Shown one piece after another: positions 25,270 through 37,890 of a DNA stretch of 64,000 nt. How positions within the stretch are numbered: position 1 is the stretch's first letter; the number at the start of each line of letters is the position of its first letter. Below the pieces are notes generated by a model. It made no database searches, was not told the DNA's origin, and was given only the letters and a program-made list of their open reading frames with translations. Origin of the DNA: Lama glama (Eukaryota). A program made the translations under genes and the position numbers. The stretch spans positions 15,564,001-15,628,000 of the forward strand of contig CM052816.1 in the NCBI GenBank assembly GCA_028534125.1. Reading direction: 5' to 3'.

Positions 25270-26310
25270 CGGGGGCTGGTCTCTGTTCTCAGCCGTCGGA
25301 GTCTCGGGCTGCAGCCTCACCACGAGCTGACCCAGAGGGGAGCTGACATACCAATTGTAAACCCCTTTTTTCGTTTTGTTTTCCTAAAGCCGAATGTGGC
25401 CCCATCGGGAGGTGACCGCAGCCCGGGTGTTGTGACCGTAGAGGAGGGTTCGGGTCCGAGCGGGTAAAGGCCCTTTCCAATAGGTGCGGCGCGGGTGCAC
25501 CCGACCAGTCTCGAGCGGGGTCTATCCCCGGCACCGGCACCGGCACCCGCGCCGGGCCCGACCGGAGCCCCAGGGCTCTGAGACCTGCCTGCGCGCCGCC
25601 CGCGGCCGCTTCCTAGGGGTGGGGAGAAGGCGGGGGACTGAGTTGCATCCTCCCTCGCCCCCTCCTTAAATTCTAGCGTCCTCCATTTGCTGCGCCCGGG
25701 GTGCGGCCTGTTTAATCGCCGGCCCCCAAATCGGGGCGGCCTCGAGAGTAGAGCCGGGGCTGCCAAGAGGACGGCGGAGGGGCAGTAAGGGAGCGCGGCG
25801 AGTCCGCCAGGCAGTGCCCTGGGCGCGCGGAGCTAGGCGCGCTGGCGGCCTGGCCACCTGTGCAGGCGCGCGGCGTCTGCACCCTCGCCCCGGCCAGGGG
25901 CGCCCATAGCTACCGAGCCGGCCCGAGGGCGGGGCTGGAAGTAGCGGCCCGGCTGGGCTGCGGCGGCGGCGGCGGGCAGCCAAAGCGGTTCTGGCGGGCG
26001 CGTCTTTCCTGGCCGGGCCTCTCCGGAGCGCAGCGCCGGCGCGCCGGACGTCCTGAGAGCCGGCGGGCACCCTATTCGCCCCCTGGCGGCGCCGGGGACA
26101 CGCCGGGCGCCGCCGCCGCGGCGGAATGAGCTGTCCACAGCAGCACTGGGCGCCGCCCGAAGTCACGCAAGAATCTGTCCCAGGGTTGCGAACCGGGAGG
26201 CAGGCCGCCTTTGGGAAGAATGGTGGGGCGGTGGAAAGAGACAACTATGAGGTTTGGGGGTTTTCCCGGGATGCACGTCCTCCATTTACCGCGTGGGCTT
26301 CTCCACCAGC
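25270..26310. promoter_or_regulatory. Orphan CpG island (promoter, enhancer or insulator)
   Basis: About 1 kb of GC/CpG-dense sequence with a CCAAT box (~25477), GC boxes and a CTCF motif at 26077-26089. No recognisable coding sequence. Confidence 0.8.
26077..26089 (-). promoter_or_regulatory. CTCF motif (reverse)
   Basis: Plus-strand CGCCCCCTGGCGG reads CCGCCAGGGGGCG on the minus strand. Confidence 0.65.
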
Positions 26311-27293
26311 GTGATGACTGACACCCAGGGACTTCACCCCTGACTGGTCCTACCTCCCTTCCATCTCTCTGAAAATAAAATCCTCTCTCTTATTCTCATC
26401 CATTCTGGGAAATCGCCTCTTCCCTCCTCCTGCAGTGATCTGACAATTCGAGGCCCAGCCATTCCGGGACCTGCCACTCCCTGGACCTTGCACAGGCATG
26501 GAGTTCTGAGGCAGCGCTAGGAGGTTAGCAGGAGATCAGCATTCAGTGTGATCCTAGGTGCCCATTGGGAGCCTAGTACTGCCCTAGGCTTTGTAGGAGG
26601 CAAAAATCCTTGCCCTCTAGACGCTTCCAATTTCAGAAGACAAACATTCAGGAGACAACTGGCACAGCAATGACCTGGCAGCAGGAGCTTCAGGGGAGGG
26701 CATGGTGGGGATGGGCTGGAGTGTGAACACTGGAGCCGTTAGAACTTGCCTAGTGGCCAGTTTGGATTTGGAAGGGGAGAGGGAGAGAGAGGAGGTGGGA
26801 GAAGAGAAACGGAGAGGGAGAGAGAAGATATTCCTGGTCCAGTCTGGAGTGGAGTGGAGGGCTGGTGTGGGAGAGCCAGAGGGGCCAATCCCAGAGGCTC
26901 TGTACGAGTTGGCTTCCGCAGTAGGAGAGACAGAGGGAGACGGAAGTGCTGGAAGCTGGATGCCCCTCTGGGAAGCAGCAGCAGAGCCTGCTCTGAGGTG
27001 CTGGCTGCAGCAGGCTGCCACTTGGAGAGTTCTGAGGGGCTTCTTCAAGAGGCTGGGTCATACACTACAAAAAACAAAACAGAACGAAAACCTTGGGTCA
27101 CACTCAGGTTTTTGTCAGAAAGGAGGAAGCCCAGGTTATGGAAGGAGAGGGAGAAGCTTGGCCTAGGTTCAAAGGTGAAAAGATTAAAAAGAGTGAGGCA
27201 GGAAGGGGCAGGTTAAATAGCGCTGGGAACAAGAAGGAAGCACCAGGCGGCTTCCTGGAAAAGAGGAAGCCAAAGGGTAGAGCCTCTCTGAGG

Positions 27294-27310
27294 GGCCAGC
27301 AGGGGGCGCA
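27294..27310 (+). promoter_or_regulatory. CTCF motif (forward)
   Basis: GGCCAGCAGGGGGCGCA, a near-consensus CTCF site. Confidence 0.7.
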
Positions 27311-30301
27311 GGGGCCTCAGAACCTAAGACCCACCAGAGTTGGCTGTAGTTGACAGTCTGGCTGTTGTCAGTTTCTGCCCCATTTCACATTCCATTTTCC
27401 TTACTGAAGTCATCTCAGGCAACTGGGGAGACCCATTCCTACCCAGCCTCGGGCTTTGTACAGAAAATGTGGCAAACTCAGAATGAAACTTCTAAACCTC
27501 ATTGTGCCCTCCTGCCCAAATCTTTTCAGGTCTTAGAGGGGCTGGTATCTTGCCTCAGTCTTTGACTTAGAAAAACCATCTTTCTAGTACCTGTAGACAG
27601 ACCACTGGGTCTTGTCTCAGTAGCAGGTCTTCCCACTTGGCCTTAGCATCCAGAAAGGCCTATCCATGCTTGGGGTTGGGCTACTTCATGGTAACCTCTC
27701 AACTCAACTCTGGGGGCAGGCTCTGATGGGGTCCTGGGGTCAAGCCTGGCAGACAGAGACTGAAGAACCCACATACCGGGCACTGGCTATGCTGACATTT
27801 CCACAGGGAGGACAGAGGCTGCCCAGATGATGAGCTGGGAGTGTTAGGGGCAGGCTGTCCAGAGTCGCCAACCACAAAGAGGGCTCTGGCAGCAAGCATG
27901 TTAGGCACATGACCTCATCTGCTCCTCACAGTAGCTCAGGGCCCCATTATCCCTACTCTTTGACTGGTTCCAGTTCCCAATCCTAGCCAGGCACAAGGGG
28001 TTGAAGTCTGTTGGCTAAGCTGATATAGAGGACACAGTCCAGTCTTGGCGTCACTCACTGTGTGGTGGCTTAGTAAATATTAATTAACTCTGAGGACAAG
28101 CTGCACTTTGACTCACCTCTGGCTAATTAAATATACCTGTCATGTAAATCAGCAGAGGAGACAGAGAGACATTAGGCTATACTGAAAAGAAATTAGGCTG
28201 AGGGACAGTAGGACTATTGGCCTTCAGGTAGAAATAGACCTTGGCCTGCTCTGGTTCTCTGTGTGTTCTTTGAAGTGTGGGCCAGAGTGGTGGGGATGAG
28301 GAATAACCCATCTCTCGGAGAAAGCCTCTCTCCCAACGTTCTGGAGAACTGGGAGGAGGGAGGCAGCGTTCACATAGGCACTGGGCCCCACATGCCCACA
28401 AAGACACGAGTGTTCTCAGGACAGAATTGCTTGGCCTCCCCGGTCCCCTCTCCTCCATCCTCATCCCTGAGGTGTCATGTCCCAATGGTCCTGGGTCAGC
28501 AGAAGGAGACCTGGGGCCCAGGAAAGACATGCTGTGAAAGCCCCTTCCAGCAGCGCCTAGCAGTTTCAGACGTGGGGCTGGCAGATGTCTCATGGGGCTC
28601 TGCTTCCTTCTGCTTCTTCCTGAAGAAGATGAGCCATGGCAACCTCCCAGGCCCTCTGGAGGCCCAGCTCCCCCTCTGACCAACAGGGAGACCAAGGGCA
28701 GGACATTTAACTTCACCAGGGCTGGCCTCTACTCTGTCAAATAGAGAAATCATAATGCTAGCCTCACAGTGGGGCTGTGCACACAGTAAGGGCTCAGGAA
28801 GTGGTAACTCTTCAATGATGATGGTCATGATGATGATGACGATGTCTATATCTAGTTCATTACAACCAACTGTATCCCCAATAATACTGCGCTGCCTTGA
28901 GACACAGTTGGAGTAGCTATTGTGTTTGAGCACTAACCTGTTACTTTGAAAGTGGCTATTTTCTACATGCAAAAAGAGAGAACATCATCTCAAAATGATG
29001 TCCTGAAGTTAACATGTAAGAAGAAAATGAAATAAGGCAAGGGCAAGGGCAGAGTGAGTGTATGAGTTGCTGAGAATGGATGTGGCAGTGTGGCAGATGC
29101 CTGTGTCCCTTCCTCTCCCATCCAAGTTCCTCCTGCAGCCACCTGGGAACCCTCACCCCTCCTTTTTCCCTGGAAGAGTGTTTTGAGCATGGATCAGAAG
29201 AATAAGGCCAACTGTCAGGGACTGTCTCCTAGGGGAAGCCACACGGGTCACCACGGTGGGCCACAGGAGCCCTGCAGAGTCCTCTAGAGCTGCCAAGCCA
29301 GCACAAGACAAACATTCACATTCAGCACATTGGAACAGATCAAATGTGGTTCTCAAAAAGCTCAGACTTGCAAGGTTTGGAGAAGGCCCAGGTTTGGCTC
29401 CTTTTAACTCCCAAACAAATTCTTGTGGGATGCTGCAATTACTTGTGACAATCCCTCTCCTTGCCTGGGACTTTGATTTCAGATTTAGACATGTAAAACT
29501 GGGTGGCTGGCTGGGCCTTGAGCAACTTGGAGGGTGTGGTAGGAGGTGGCCAGGGAAAATTCTTCGCAGCATATTGTGTTTGGAAGCGAGGTCTTGAGGA
29601 ATCAGACGCTGTAGCTCTGTGTGTGTTACCAGCCACTGTGGCAGATTTCCTGTCCCTGAAATTGGTTCACTATGCTGGAGTGCCTCATTCTGTCCTTTGA
29701 AACGCAAATGTCTAGGAATCATTTTCTGTAATAGTCTTATGTTAGAGTTATTTTCCAATCACTGTAACAAATTCTGCAGTCCTTACCCTGAAATCTTATC
29801 CCTTGGATAAGCAGCAGGTGAGGATTTGTCAAGGCCACAGGGAATATTTTAGTGGTAACTTGTGCTGACCTGGCCCCAAGGTGCCTGGAATCAGGAGGAG
29901 GTGATGCAGAAACAAGAGAGGAACATGGCTGGGTAAAGAGTGTCTGGATGTTGGGATTCTGTGGCCTTTCTGGATACCTAGGTGTACATGCAAATGCTTT
30001 GGGCAAACTGCCTATGTCTTTGTATTGACACTGTACCTGGCCTTAAAGCACGTTCAGCTATTCTGGGGGGTAAGGTGGGGACCTGGACCTTGGATCAGGC
30101 TCCTGTTTTCTTACTTCTTGGCTGCCACCTGGTCTGAGAGCCTACACAACTTCAGTTCTGGCTCTTTGGACTTTTGTACTGGCAGCAAAACAGCTGGATA
30201 CTGCTGTCCCTGAAAGAGACTTGAGGAGTCTGCCAGATCTAACAACCTGCCTCTTGAGGCTGGTGCACATAACAGAAGTCAGGAATCAAAAATGGCTGGG
30301 A

Positions 30302-30392
30302 GGGGGTGGGGGTATAGCTCAGTGCTATGTATGCACAAGGTCCTGTATTCAATCCTCAGTACCTCCATCAACCAAAGGAAAAAAAAAAAAAA
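30302..30392 (+). mobile_element. tRNA-Ala-derived camelid SINE (Vic-1-like), internally deleted
   Basis: GGGGGTATAGCTCAGTG...ATGCACAAGGTCCTGTATTCAATCCTCAGTACCTCC plus poly-A, with TSD GGCTGGGA (30294-30301 and 30393-30400). Confidence 0.85.
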
Positions 30393-31049
30393 GGCTGGGA
30401 ATTCCTAGACACTGTAAAGTTGAAGGTGATGAGCAGAGTCATAGGCTGGTACCTGCTGGTAGATCTCGGGTAAGACGTTCTTGCTTTTATTGCAGGCAGT
30501 TGCCATAGAATCACTAACACTGCTATTCCCTCGAATACCTGTGAGTTCTTTTTCAACATATCATCTTGTCTGGATGAAGCTTAGAAATTACATGGAACAA
30601 TGTGAAAAGAGAGAAGGTCAGAATGAGGGGGTGTCTTTCAGACCAACCAGATTCTCAGGGAAACCTGGACTAAAGAAAGCATTAAGCTGTCCTACTCTAG
30701 ATTTGAAATATTGGAATTCCTGAGGGAGCAAGATGAGAAGGGAGATTCCAGGGACGGAATATAAAGGGAAGGGACAAAAAAGATGGGACAATTTCCCTGG
30801 AGTTCTTTTGCATCTTATAAAGATAAAGCTCAGAGTTCCTGAGCAAAAGCAAATACTCAACTGTTTCGTCCATCTGAGTGGGAAGAAGGAATGAGTAAGC
30901 TAGAATCACAGGACACTGCAACACAAGGCCTGATGGCTCAGGGAACCAGCCAGCGGACACTGAGGGACTGAAAGAGTCAAGAGAAGAGAGAATGTCTCTC
31001 CTAGAGGCCCTTAAGAACATAGCTGAGACATTCTATTTCTGAATAAGAA

Positions 31050-31690
31050 GACTCAATATTATAAAGATATCAACTCTCTCCCAACTTAATTTATATAGTA
31101 AATAAAATCACAACCAAAATCCTAATAGGCCTTGTTAAATGAAACTTGACAAGCTGATTGAAAAGTACATTTGGAAAGAAAAAATACGTTAAGAAAAACA
31201 AAACAATTTGGGGGGGGAAATGAAGGAGAAAAATACACTGTATCAAAATATACTCAAAAGCTACTATTAAAATGGTGTACTGGTACAAGGAATACAAAAA
31301 AGTTCAATGCAACAGAATAGAGAATCCAGAAACAGTCACATGTATTTATGAGAGTCTTGAATATGACAAGTAGTATTTCAAGTCACTGGGGAGAGAATGG
31401 CCTATAGAATAAATAATTCTGGGCAGCATGTGAATCAGCAAAAACAAAACAAACAAAACAAAGTTAGATCCCTAACTCACACCATATATGAAATAAATTT
31501 CAGATGAATTAAAGAGCTAACATAGAAACATAACTACAAAAGAAATATAAGAAAGTATGGGAGAATATGTTTATTATCTGAGGATGGGGAAACCTTATTT
31601 AAACACCATAAAATACAAAGCCATAAAGGAGAGGACAGATACATTTGGTCAAAATTAAAAGCCTCTGTACAATTCAAGGAACCATTATAA
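31050..31690 (+). mobile_element. Old L1M ORF2 fragment
   Basis: A-rich degraded ORF2 sequence: GAAGACTCAATATTATAAAGATATCAA, AAACTTGACAAGCTGATT, AACAGAATAGAGAATCCAGAAACAG, GATCCCTAACTCACACCATAT. Confidence 0.75.
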
Positions 31691-33462
31691 GGCTAAAAGG
31701 ACTGGTCGGCCTGGACTGACAGGTGTCTGGTTCTGTCTGGGAGCAGACTGCGAGGCCAGATGGCCTTGAAGGCCTTTCTTTTCCCTCACAATTCCTTTGT
31801 AGAAGTCACGGTTCAGGAGGAAGCAATGAAACACCAGAGGGTGGCTACTCCCCATTGTCCAACATCTCCAGAGCCCTACAATCAAGAGATAACTCAAGTC
31901 ATCGTTATTCAGAGCTAGCTCAAAACAAGCAGGTTAAGTGGAGCAGGGTACAGGAGATGAGACCATGAAGAAGGATGGAAGTAGAAACAGTTTTGCTGGC
32001 CCTGGGTGAGGAGAAGGAGGACAGGCTGACTGTCAGACATCATGGTCTCCAGTTCATAGGCCCATCTTTCACAGAGTGGATGCGGTTCGGGCAGCTCCTC
32101 CCAAGACCTCATTTTCCCAGCAGAGAGAGCCTTTCGGAAGAGCATGCAGAGAAAATGCTGTCCTGTGAGGGCTTTAATACCTCCATGAGACCCCTCAGCT
32201 CTGTGGGGATCAGGGCAGTCCAGGGATGATGGCCTCTGCCCAGACCCCGAGTGGCAGTGACGATGGATGTGCCTGTATTTTGGGGTGGGCTGGGTGGCCT
32301 TGTCAGAGGCTTACATCCTATAGACTTGTCTCTGTTTCATGTCTGGAGAACACTGCGACTCAAGGCCCTCAAAGCAAAATGAAACTTGTCTCATGGAGCT
32401 TTTGTCAGCCAGTTCACCCTACAGGAAGCAGGCTCTGCTCTTGAGGGAGTCCAGGGAACCACTGCTCAGCTACTCTCAGCCCATACTTCGTACTTGTGAG
32501 CCGACTCTGAGCTCAGAGTGTGCCTGCCTGATTCGAGTAGGACAGCCAAGTCTTAGGAAACCTCTGCCGTATTCTGATGCCATCCACTCATCTGAGTTGA
32601 GCACATGGACCTGGGGTTTGAGAGGAGGGAGAAATTCTCAGCAGGGAGATAGGTGCCATTTTATAACATGAGAAGCTGCAACACGGAAGGATGGGTATTG
32701 AGAAAACCAGGAGACAGCACCAGGACTGGCCAGAAGTGGGGCAGAGATTCAAAGATGGAGTCATATTCCAAGAAGCATCAAACATTCTCACAGGCCCCGA
32801 GTTGGCTTTCAGAGCAATTTTTCAGGATTTTTAGGGTGAGGGGTCAGAAGTAAAATAAGCACAGCTAGGGAGAAGACCAAGGCACCTGATCCCTCATGAA
32901 AGGACACCACAGGGGTGAGGAGGAGTCACTAGCCTCAGGGAAGTTAAAAAATGGACTATGAAACTCAGATTTAATGTCTCCGAAAGGGAAGGAAACACTC
33001 CATATCCATGTAAAAACTGTGGCTGAGTACCAACCATAAACCAAGTATCCAAATGAGGGCAACATAAGGAGACCCCTGCACCCCTCACCCACCATTACTA
33101 CTACCAGCACGCACCCAGCACCGTCACCCAGGCGTGCCTCCCACCTCCGAGATGACACAAGACCAGTCCTCCCATCTGGCACAAAATACAGCAGTTTAGA
33201 GTGTGTTATGATATTGCAACAAAAATTCAGGGAAAATAGGAGATATTTAGCTAGCTCAAAATCTCCAACTTCCCAGTGGACAGAGGAGGCTCCAACCAGT
33301 CAACCCAGGTCCAATAAGGAGAACAGGTGTCTTTCCTTGAAGCCTAAGCAAGCCCTCTTCCAGGCCCTTCTCATTAACAGTCATGCTGATCAGCCAGGCT
33401 GAAGGATGCAGCCTCTTAGAGACCCCCTAGGGGAGGGTTCTGTTTCTACTTTCAGATCAGGA

Positions 33463-33627
33463 CCAGTGATTCTGAACCTATTTGGGCTGTGACTTCCTTT
33501 GAGAGTTTTGAAGAAAACCATGGAACCTCTTCTCAGGAAAAGGTACTTTGCACATACAGGTATAATCTTATGTAAAATATCAGTAGCTTTACAGACCCCC
33601 CAAAAGCCCCAGCTTAAGAATTTCTGC
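33463..33627. mobile_element. hAT-Charlie MITE (Charlie4z/MER80-like)
   Basis: CAGTGATTCTGAACCT...CTTTGAGAGTTTTGAAGAAAACCATGGAACCTCT...TTAAGAATTTCTG; reverse-complement-like to the copy at 43.9 kb. Confidence 0.55.
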
Positions 33628-34199
33628 CAAAGGCAAATCTCTCCTTTTGTTATGCAAGAGCTGTTTCCCAGGGCTGATTAACTGCTATCTTAGATGTCCA
33701 ACAGGTGAATTAATATTCAGCACTGACCTCTTGTCATCCCACACCCTCAGCAGATGGCAGATTCTCTGCTGTTGCCTACGGCCAGAAGGAAGCAGAGCCC
33801 CTAGACTGAGACTTCCTTTTGTTTTTCAAAAGAGCAGTCTCCTCTACCATCTCCAGAAAACCTCAGACACTCCAGGCCTGGCCCAGAGATACTAAGTGAC
33901 AAACCAAAAATAAATTGGGTCCAGTATACAACTAGGCCTGTGAAGAGAGCATCACAGACTGGAGCCTCCTTGGGCTAGCTGTGGAAAGGTATGACAGCAG
34001 GACCAAAGCTGAAATGGGAAGCGGTCAGAATGGGCTCCCCTCCCTTCCACTAAATGCAGACTAGCTGATCATAAGGCATCTGCTCTTTTCATGGTTTCTC
34101 TGCCTGGAATGAAGGGGCGGTTGGAGGCAGCGCTCCTATCAACTACTCAAGTTCCGCATTTGTCTCCCTTTTTATCAATGGCACAAGAGCGAGGATAAT

Positions 34200-34425
34200 G
34201 ATGATGATAGCATTTATCAAACACTTCTCTGTGCTACAAGCCATTCACATAAAGTATTTCATTTAATCTTCCCAACAATCAAATGAAGTGGGCACTCTCA
34301 TCCCATTTACAGATGAGAAAACTGAGACCAGGAAAAGTTAGGTAGAGCTGCTGAAGGCCGCAAAGTTAGTGAGTGACAGAGTCTGGATTCGCACCAAAGC
34401 CTGACTTCAAACCTAACACTTAACC
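34200..34425 (-). mobile_element. MIR SINE
   Basis: TTTCATTTAATCTTCCCAACAA...TCCCATTTACAGATGAGAAAACTGAGAC...GGATTCGCACC. Confidence 0.75.
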
Positions 34426-35449
34426 TCCCCTTCCAAGCTCCTTCCCCAAAGGCTAGAACTCAGACCAAGACCTTGGAAATCCTCCAGAGTGATGGTCTGG
34501 TCTCCAAGCCCTCACTTCCCCTTCTCTGTCCTCTGCCCACCATGCCACAGTCTGGTTCTCATCAAGGGCTCACTTCATAGAGAGTTGGTTGGAAATCCTC
34601 AAACTCTATCTCCTGTCTCTGTATGACTTTGCTATTTGAGTCCATATTCCATAGTCCTAAATTTACCCTGGAGCCTAAATTTATTTTAAACTCAGCTGAG
34701 CACAGGAGCCTCACTTCCTCCTCAGGTTAAGAATGAAGGAAGGAGGTTCTTTTTCACTTCTTCCCTGGAAAGTTGTTGCGGGGAGGGGGTTTGGTTGTCA
34801 CTACTCCCATTTTAAAGACTGGGGGGTAGAGCAAGGGACAGAGAGCAGAAGAGCCAGGATTTGGTGAAATGTCACCAGTAATGTTAGTGTGCTACACAGG
34901 CCATACTTCTCTCAACACCTCCTGCCCCTCAGCATTTGGAAACAGGGTGTATCACCCCTTGGATAGCTAGTCTCCTCCTTTCCCTCAACTAGTGGATTCC
35001 AGGAAGAGTGAGTTCCCAGCTCATCAAGGGAAAAGTCCAGAAGAAGCCTGCCCATCATTTGCTTAGTGGCCAAGGGGTCCCCCAAGTGCATGACAATTGA
35101 CTGGAGCCCAATCAACAGTGCTTTGGGAGACAGTTGTGGGCAGAGTGGGCATTAAGCTACCTGTTGAGTCCAGGGTTACTGCCCTTTCCCCAGAACCTCA
35201 TCTGGAGATGAAACATCTAGGCAGAGGGGATGCTGAGATCCATACAGAGATGGGAGGTACAAGAAGCTAAGAAGGGTTGGCAGCAGGCAGAAAAAAATCA
35301 TCTTATATTCAGGGTCCTTGTCCTATGCCACCTGTGGACCCAAGGTGAGATAAAACAGGATGACAATACTTGCATTCAGTGTGGATAAGGAAGTCAGCCC
35401 TGGAGGCACAGGAACTCCCAGAGTTGCTAAAGTCTAGCCACTTAGCTAA

Positions 35450-35965
35450 GAGATGTTTATTGAGTACCTGCTGTGTGCCAGACTTGTCTGGGTCCTGGGG
35501 ATGCCTTAGTCCTGCCCGCATAGTGTTAACCCATTGACAGAAAAGGATAGAAAAGACAGTTCTGGACAGTGTTAAGCACTGGGAAGAAAACTGAAACAGA
35601 GAAGTGAAGGAGAGTGATTAGAAGGAGGCCTCCTTGAAACGGGAACGTGAAAGCTGAGGCCTGATTATGAAAAAGGGCTAGTGTGTGAGGATTTATAGGG
35701 AAGTATGTTCCGGGCAGAGGGAAGAGCAAAGCCAAAGACCCTTAGGTAGCAATGTGCTCCATGCAGTCAAGATTCAGGAATATGACCAGTATGGCTTAAG
35801 AGAGATGAACAAGGAGGTGAAAGGAAGGAGGGAAAACTGGGGAATTAGGTGGGGCCAGATCATAAGGGCCTTGTAACCATATTTATAAGTTAGCTGCTGT
35901 GTAGAGAATGGATTGCAGGGGCCAAGAATGGCTAGAAGCAGACCAGTGAGGAGGCTGTTAAGTGA
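35450..35965 (-). mobile_element. L2 fragment
   Basis: TTTATTGAGTACCTGCTGTGTGCCAG...GGCAGAGGGAAGAGCAAAGCCAAAGACC...GGGGCCAGATCATAAGGGCCTTGTAA. Confidence 0.7.
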
Positions 35966-36544
35966 GAAAAGGAGTGACCATATAATTTGTCATTCAAACC
36001 AGGATACTTGTGCAAGTGAACGGGGCGGGGGGGTGTGTGCCACAAACAATTAATCAGGGACAACACGCATAAACAGGACTTGCCATTGACAAAGCAATAT
36101 GCCCCAGCCATGACTGTCACAGAAAGTTCAGCAGTTTTTAGCAGTTCTGCTCTGACACAGAGCTCCCAGCTCCAGGAGAAGGAATTGCTTTTCTCTTTGC
36201 CCAGGCATTGGCCTGGTGCCTCATGCCAGAGCAACTGGTTTCTGAATAGAGGCCACAGGCTACAGTTGCAGCACATACACAGAACAGCAAGCCCTTTCCT
36301 CTGCGCTCTCTGGTTCAAGGACTACCCATTCTCATTGACAGGACACAGGTGAAAGAACCAGCAGGGAGCATGTGGCCACCCCTTCTCAAGGTGGTATGGA
36401 AAGGGTGGAAGCCAGAGAGGCATGGACAAGATCTAAGTTCCAGAGCAGGGATTCTTGACTCAGGCTTCAGGCAGTCAGTGAAGCAGCCAAAAGGGCCCCA
36501 AGCTTTCCTCAGATTCTTAAACCTGAAACTCCGAAAGAGTTCAC

Positions 36545-36730
36545 ACACTTCACACTTCAATGTGCAGCAGAGTCAGCTGGAGGCTTGTTACAGCAGGGAT
36601 TGCTGGGCCCCTGCAGGTTCTGACTCAGTTCAGTCTGTAGTAAGGACCAAGAGTTTACATTTCTAACAATTTCCAAGGGGATGCCAATGCTCTTGGTCCA
36701 GAGACCACAGCCTGAGAATCACGGCTTTAG
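36545..36730. mobile_element. MER5A-like hAT-Charlie MITE
   Basis: GATTGCTGGGCCCC...TTCTGACTCAGT...CATTTCTAACAATTTCC...GATGC...TGGTCCAGAGACCACA...TGAGAATCAC. Confidence 0.75.
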
Positions 36731-37130
36731 GGGATATCAAAAAACATGAGGGATTATGATCTTCCCTTTTCAGACAAGAGTTCTAGCAGATACCACAGCC
36801 CTCAAAACCACCCTTAAGTCCCAAGGAACTTCATATTTTATTTTTGGAAGAAGCCCCTGGAGAGTGACTCTAGACCTCCCCTTGGACGTCAGGAAGCACC
36901 TGGGAAATAGCATTCTAGAGGATGCAGGAAAGTGCCTTCAGAAACATGAAAGCCCAAGCAAAACTCTGACCTGGAAACCACAGAGCTGGCCCTGACCAAT
37001 CCAATTATAGGGCCAATGGCTGGTGAATAGTGAGGTTTTGGGAATCTGGGCAGATCCAGATCCTCTCCTAGAAACTGTCCCTGATCCTTTTTGAGCCTGT
37101 ATCTGAAGCCAAATGGACCTAGACAGAAGA

Positions 37131-37187
37131 GAAGGAAGGAAGGAAGGAAGGAAGGAAGGAAGGAAGGAAGGAAGGAAGGAAGGAAGG
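37131..37187. repeat. (GGAA)n tetranucleotide microsatellite
   Basis: Read directly, about 14 units. Confidence 0.95.
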
Positions 37188-37679
37188 GTGCCGTAAGGAA
37201 GACAGGCTGTCTGCTGAGGGGTACAATCTGGGAATAAGAAAGGAATCGACGACGCCACTAAACAGAATTGAAGAGCTCATTCACGGAGCTCTTTGACCAG
37301 GTCACTGTGGTGAGGACGGGAAGAGGCAGGAACAGTACTCAGTGCCGTACTTACTTTAAGCAAGAGCAGTGGAGAGAGGCTTGGAAGGGCCATTTGCCAG
37401 CTTTCCTCAAACCTGCTCTGAGTAAGTCATTCCTCCATGAAAGGAGAGGGGGAAATGAAGATGTGAATTCATTCATGAATCAACCTTCAGAATAGGAAGT
37501 GTGGCTTTTGTGCTATACAGAAAAATCTTCCTTTGCTTCAGGGAACACTGGCCTTGCCATCCAGCTAAACAGATCCTGAGGCGAGGCACCATCGGTCCAA
37601 ATTAGGGAGACCCTACAAATTAGGGGAAGAGGAGGGAGGACCTCATGAGGAAGACAACACACTAGAGTGACTGAGACCA

Positions 37680-37890
37680 AGGGCATGCTTTGGCATCAGC
37701 TTGCCAGGACTCATGACCTGAATTCTGACTGTGTGACCATGGGCATGTTACTTAATCTCTCTGTGTCTTTAGTTTCCTCTTCTGTAGAATAGGGATAAGA
37801 ACAGTGTCTATTTTATAAGGTTGTAGTAAGATTTAATGAAATAACCTAGATAAAACACTTAGCTTGCATATATTAAGCACTCAACATTAG
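37680..37890 (+). mobile_element. MIR SINE
   Basis: CTGTGTGACCATGGGCATGTTACTTAATCTCTCTGTG...GTTTCCTCTTCTGTAGAATAGGGATAA. Confidence 0.75.

Noticed and set aside
29153..29758. 201-aa minus-strand ORF
   Set aside because: Non-ATG start, no recognisable homology, and no convincing splice or promoter context.
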